64,000 bases of DNA. Source: Octopus vulgaris. Lineage: Eukaryota. The DNA lies in contig OX597815.1 in assembly GCA_951406725.2 (NCBI GenBank), positions 187,860,001 through 187,924,000 on the forward strand, given 5' to 3'. Positions 63,284 through 64,000 of this stretch are shown here, piece by piece; position 1 is the stretch's first letter; every line of letters starts with the position of its first letter. The notes beneath the pieces are model-generated. The model worked only from the letters and a program-made list of their open reading frames with translations, was not told where the DNA came from and made no database searches. A program made the position numbers and the translations under genes.

Positions 63284-64000
63284 TATAAGCATTGTCTGAT
63301 TTTTTAAAAGATTTTTGCCAATACACCTTTGGTGATATTAACTGAGTTTCTGTTACAATGACTATAAGAAAGTAGTTAGTTTTGTAGGAAACAGATCTTA
63401 GCTTTTTCTTGCTTGTGTCATTAAACTGTGGCCATGCTAGGGCACTCACTTGAGTAGTGGGTTTGGTAGATGGAATCTACCAAATCTATTGGTCCAATCA
63501 ATGAAACAGCCAGCCTGTGAAATCAGCGTGTAAGTGGCTGAGCACTCCACAGACACACATACCTTTAATGTAGTTCTCAAGGAGATTCAGTATGACAAAA
63601 CTGGTCCTTTGTATTGCAGGTACAACTCATTTTTGCCAGCTGAGTGGACTGGAGTAATGTGATGTTAAGTGTCTTGCTCAAAGATACAACAGGTATTGAA
63701 CTCATGACCTTACTATCTTCAGCCGAGTACTCTAACCACTGAGCCATGTAGAACAGGACAAATACAAAGACACATACATGTGCACACAAACACATGCATG
63801 CACACACACTCACTCACACATGCATGCACACACACACACACACTCACAAAATGAGCATCCACACTATTTTCCTCTACCAAATTCAATCACAATGGATTTA
63901 GTCAGCCCAGCACTGCAGCAGAAGACACTTGCCCAAGGTGCCATGCAGAGGGACAGAACCCAAAACCATGTGGCTGGGAAGGAAACTTCTTAACCACACA

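Overview
AT-rich, repeat-saturated eukaryotic DNA, probably intronic or intergenic. The SINE/LINE families and (TA)n/(TG)n/(GAT)n microsatellites suggest an octopus genome (inference from recalled repeat families). No intact protein-coding gene is recognisable, and nearly all listed ORFs come from microsatellites or SINEs. The window holds dozens of SINE copies from about four families, often nested or in tandem with TSDs. It also holds LINE remnants (RTE, R4/Dong, CR1/Jockey-like), DNA transposon remnants (piggyBac, mariner/Tc1, pogo/Tigger, hAT MITEs), non-autonomous Helitrons and a few weak + strand exon candidates. The main signal is five type I hammerhead ribozyme motifs in unrelated Penelope-like pLTR or fold-back elements. 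Two have an intact catalytic core (12960-13000 minus, 17852-17919 plus). The second lies in a 489-nt terminally redundant unit whose inverted copy reads across the unit junction, as expected for a circular or concatemeric (retrozyme-like) RNA template. Repeat boundaries were read by eye and are approximate unless a TSD or TIR is quoted.
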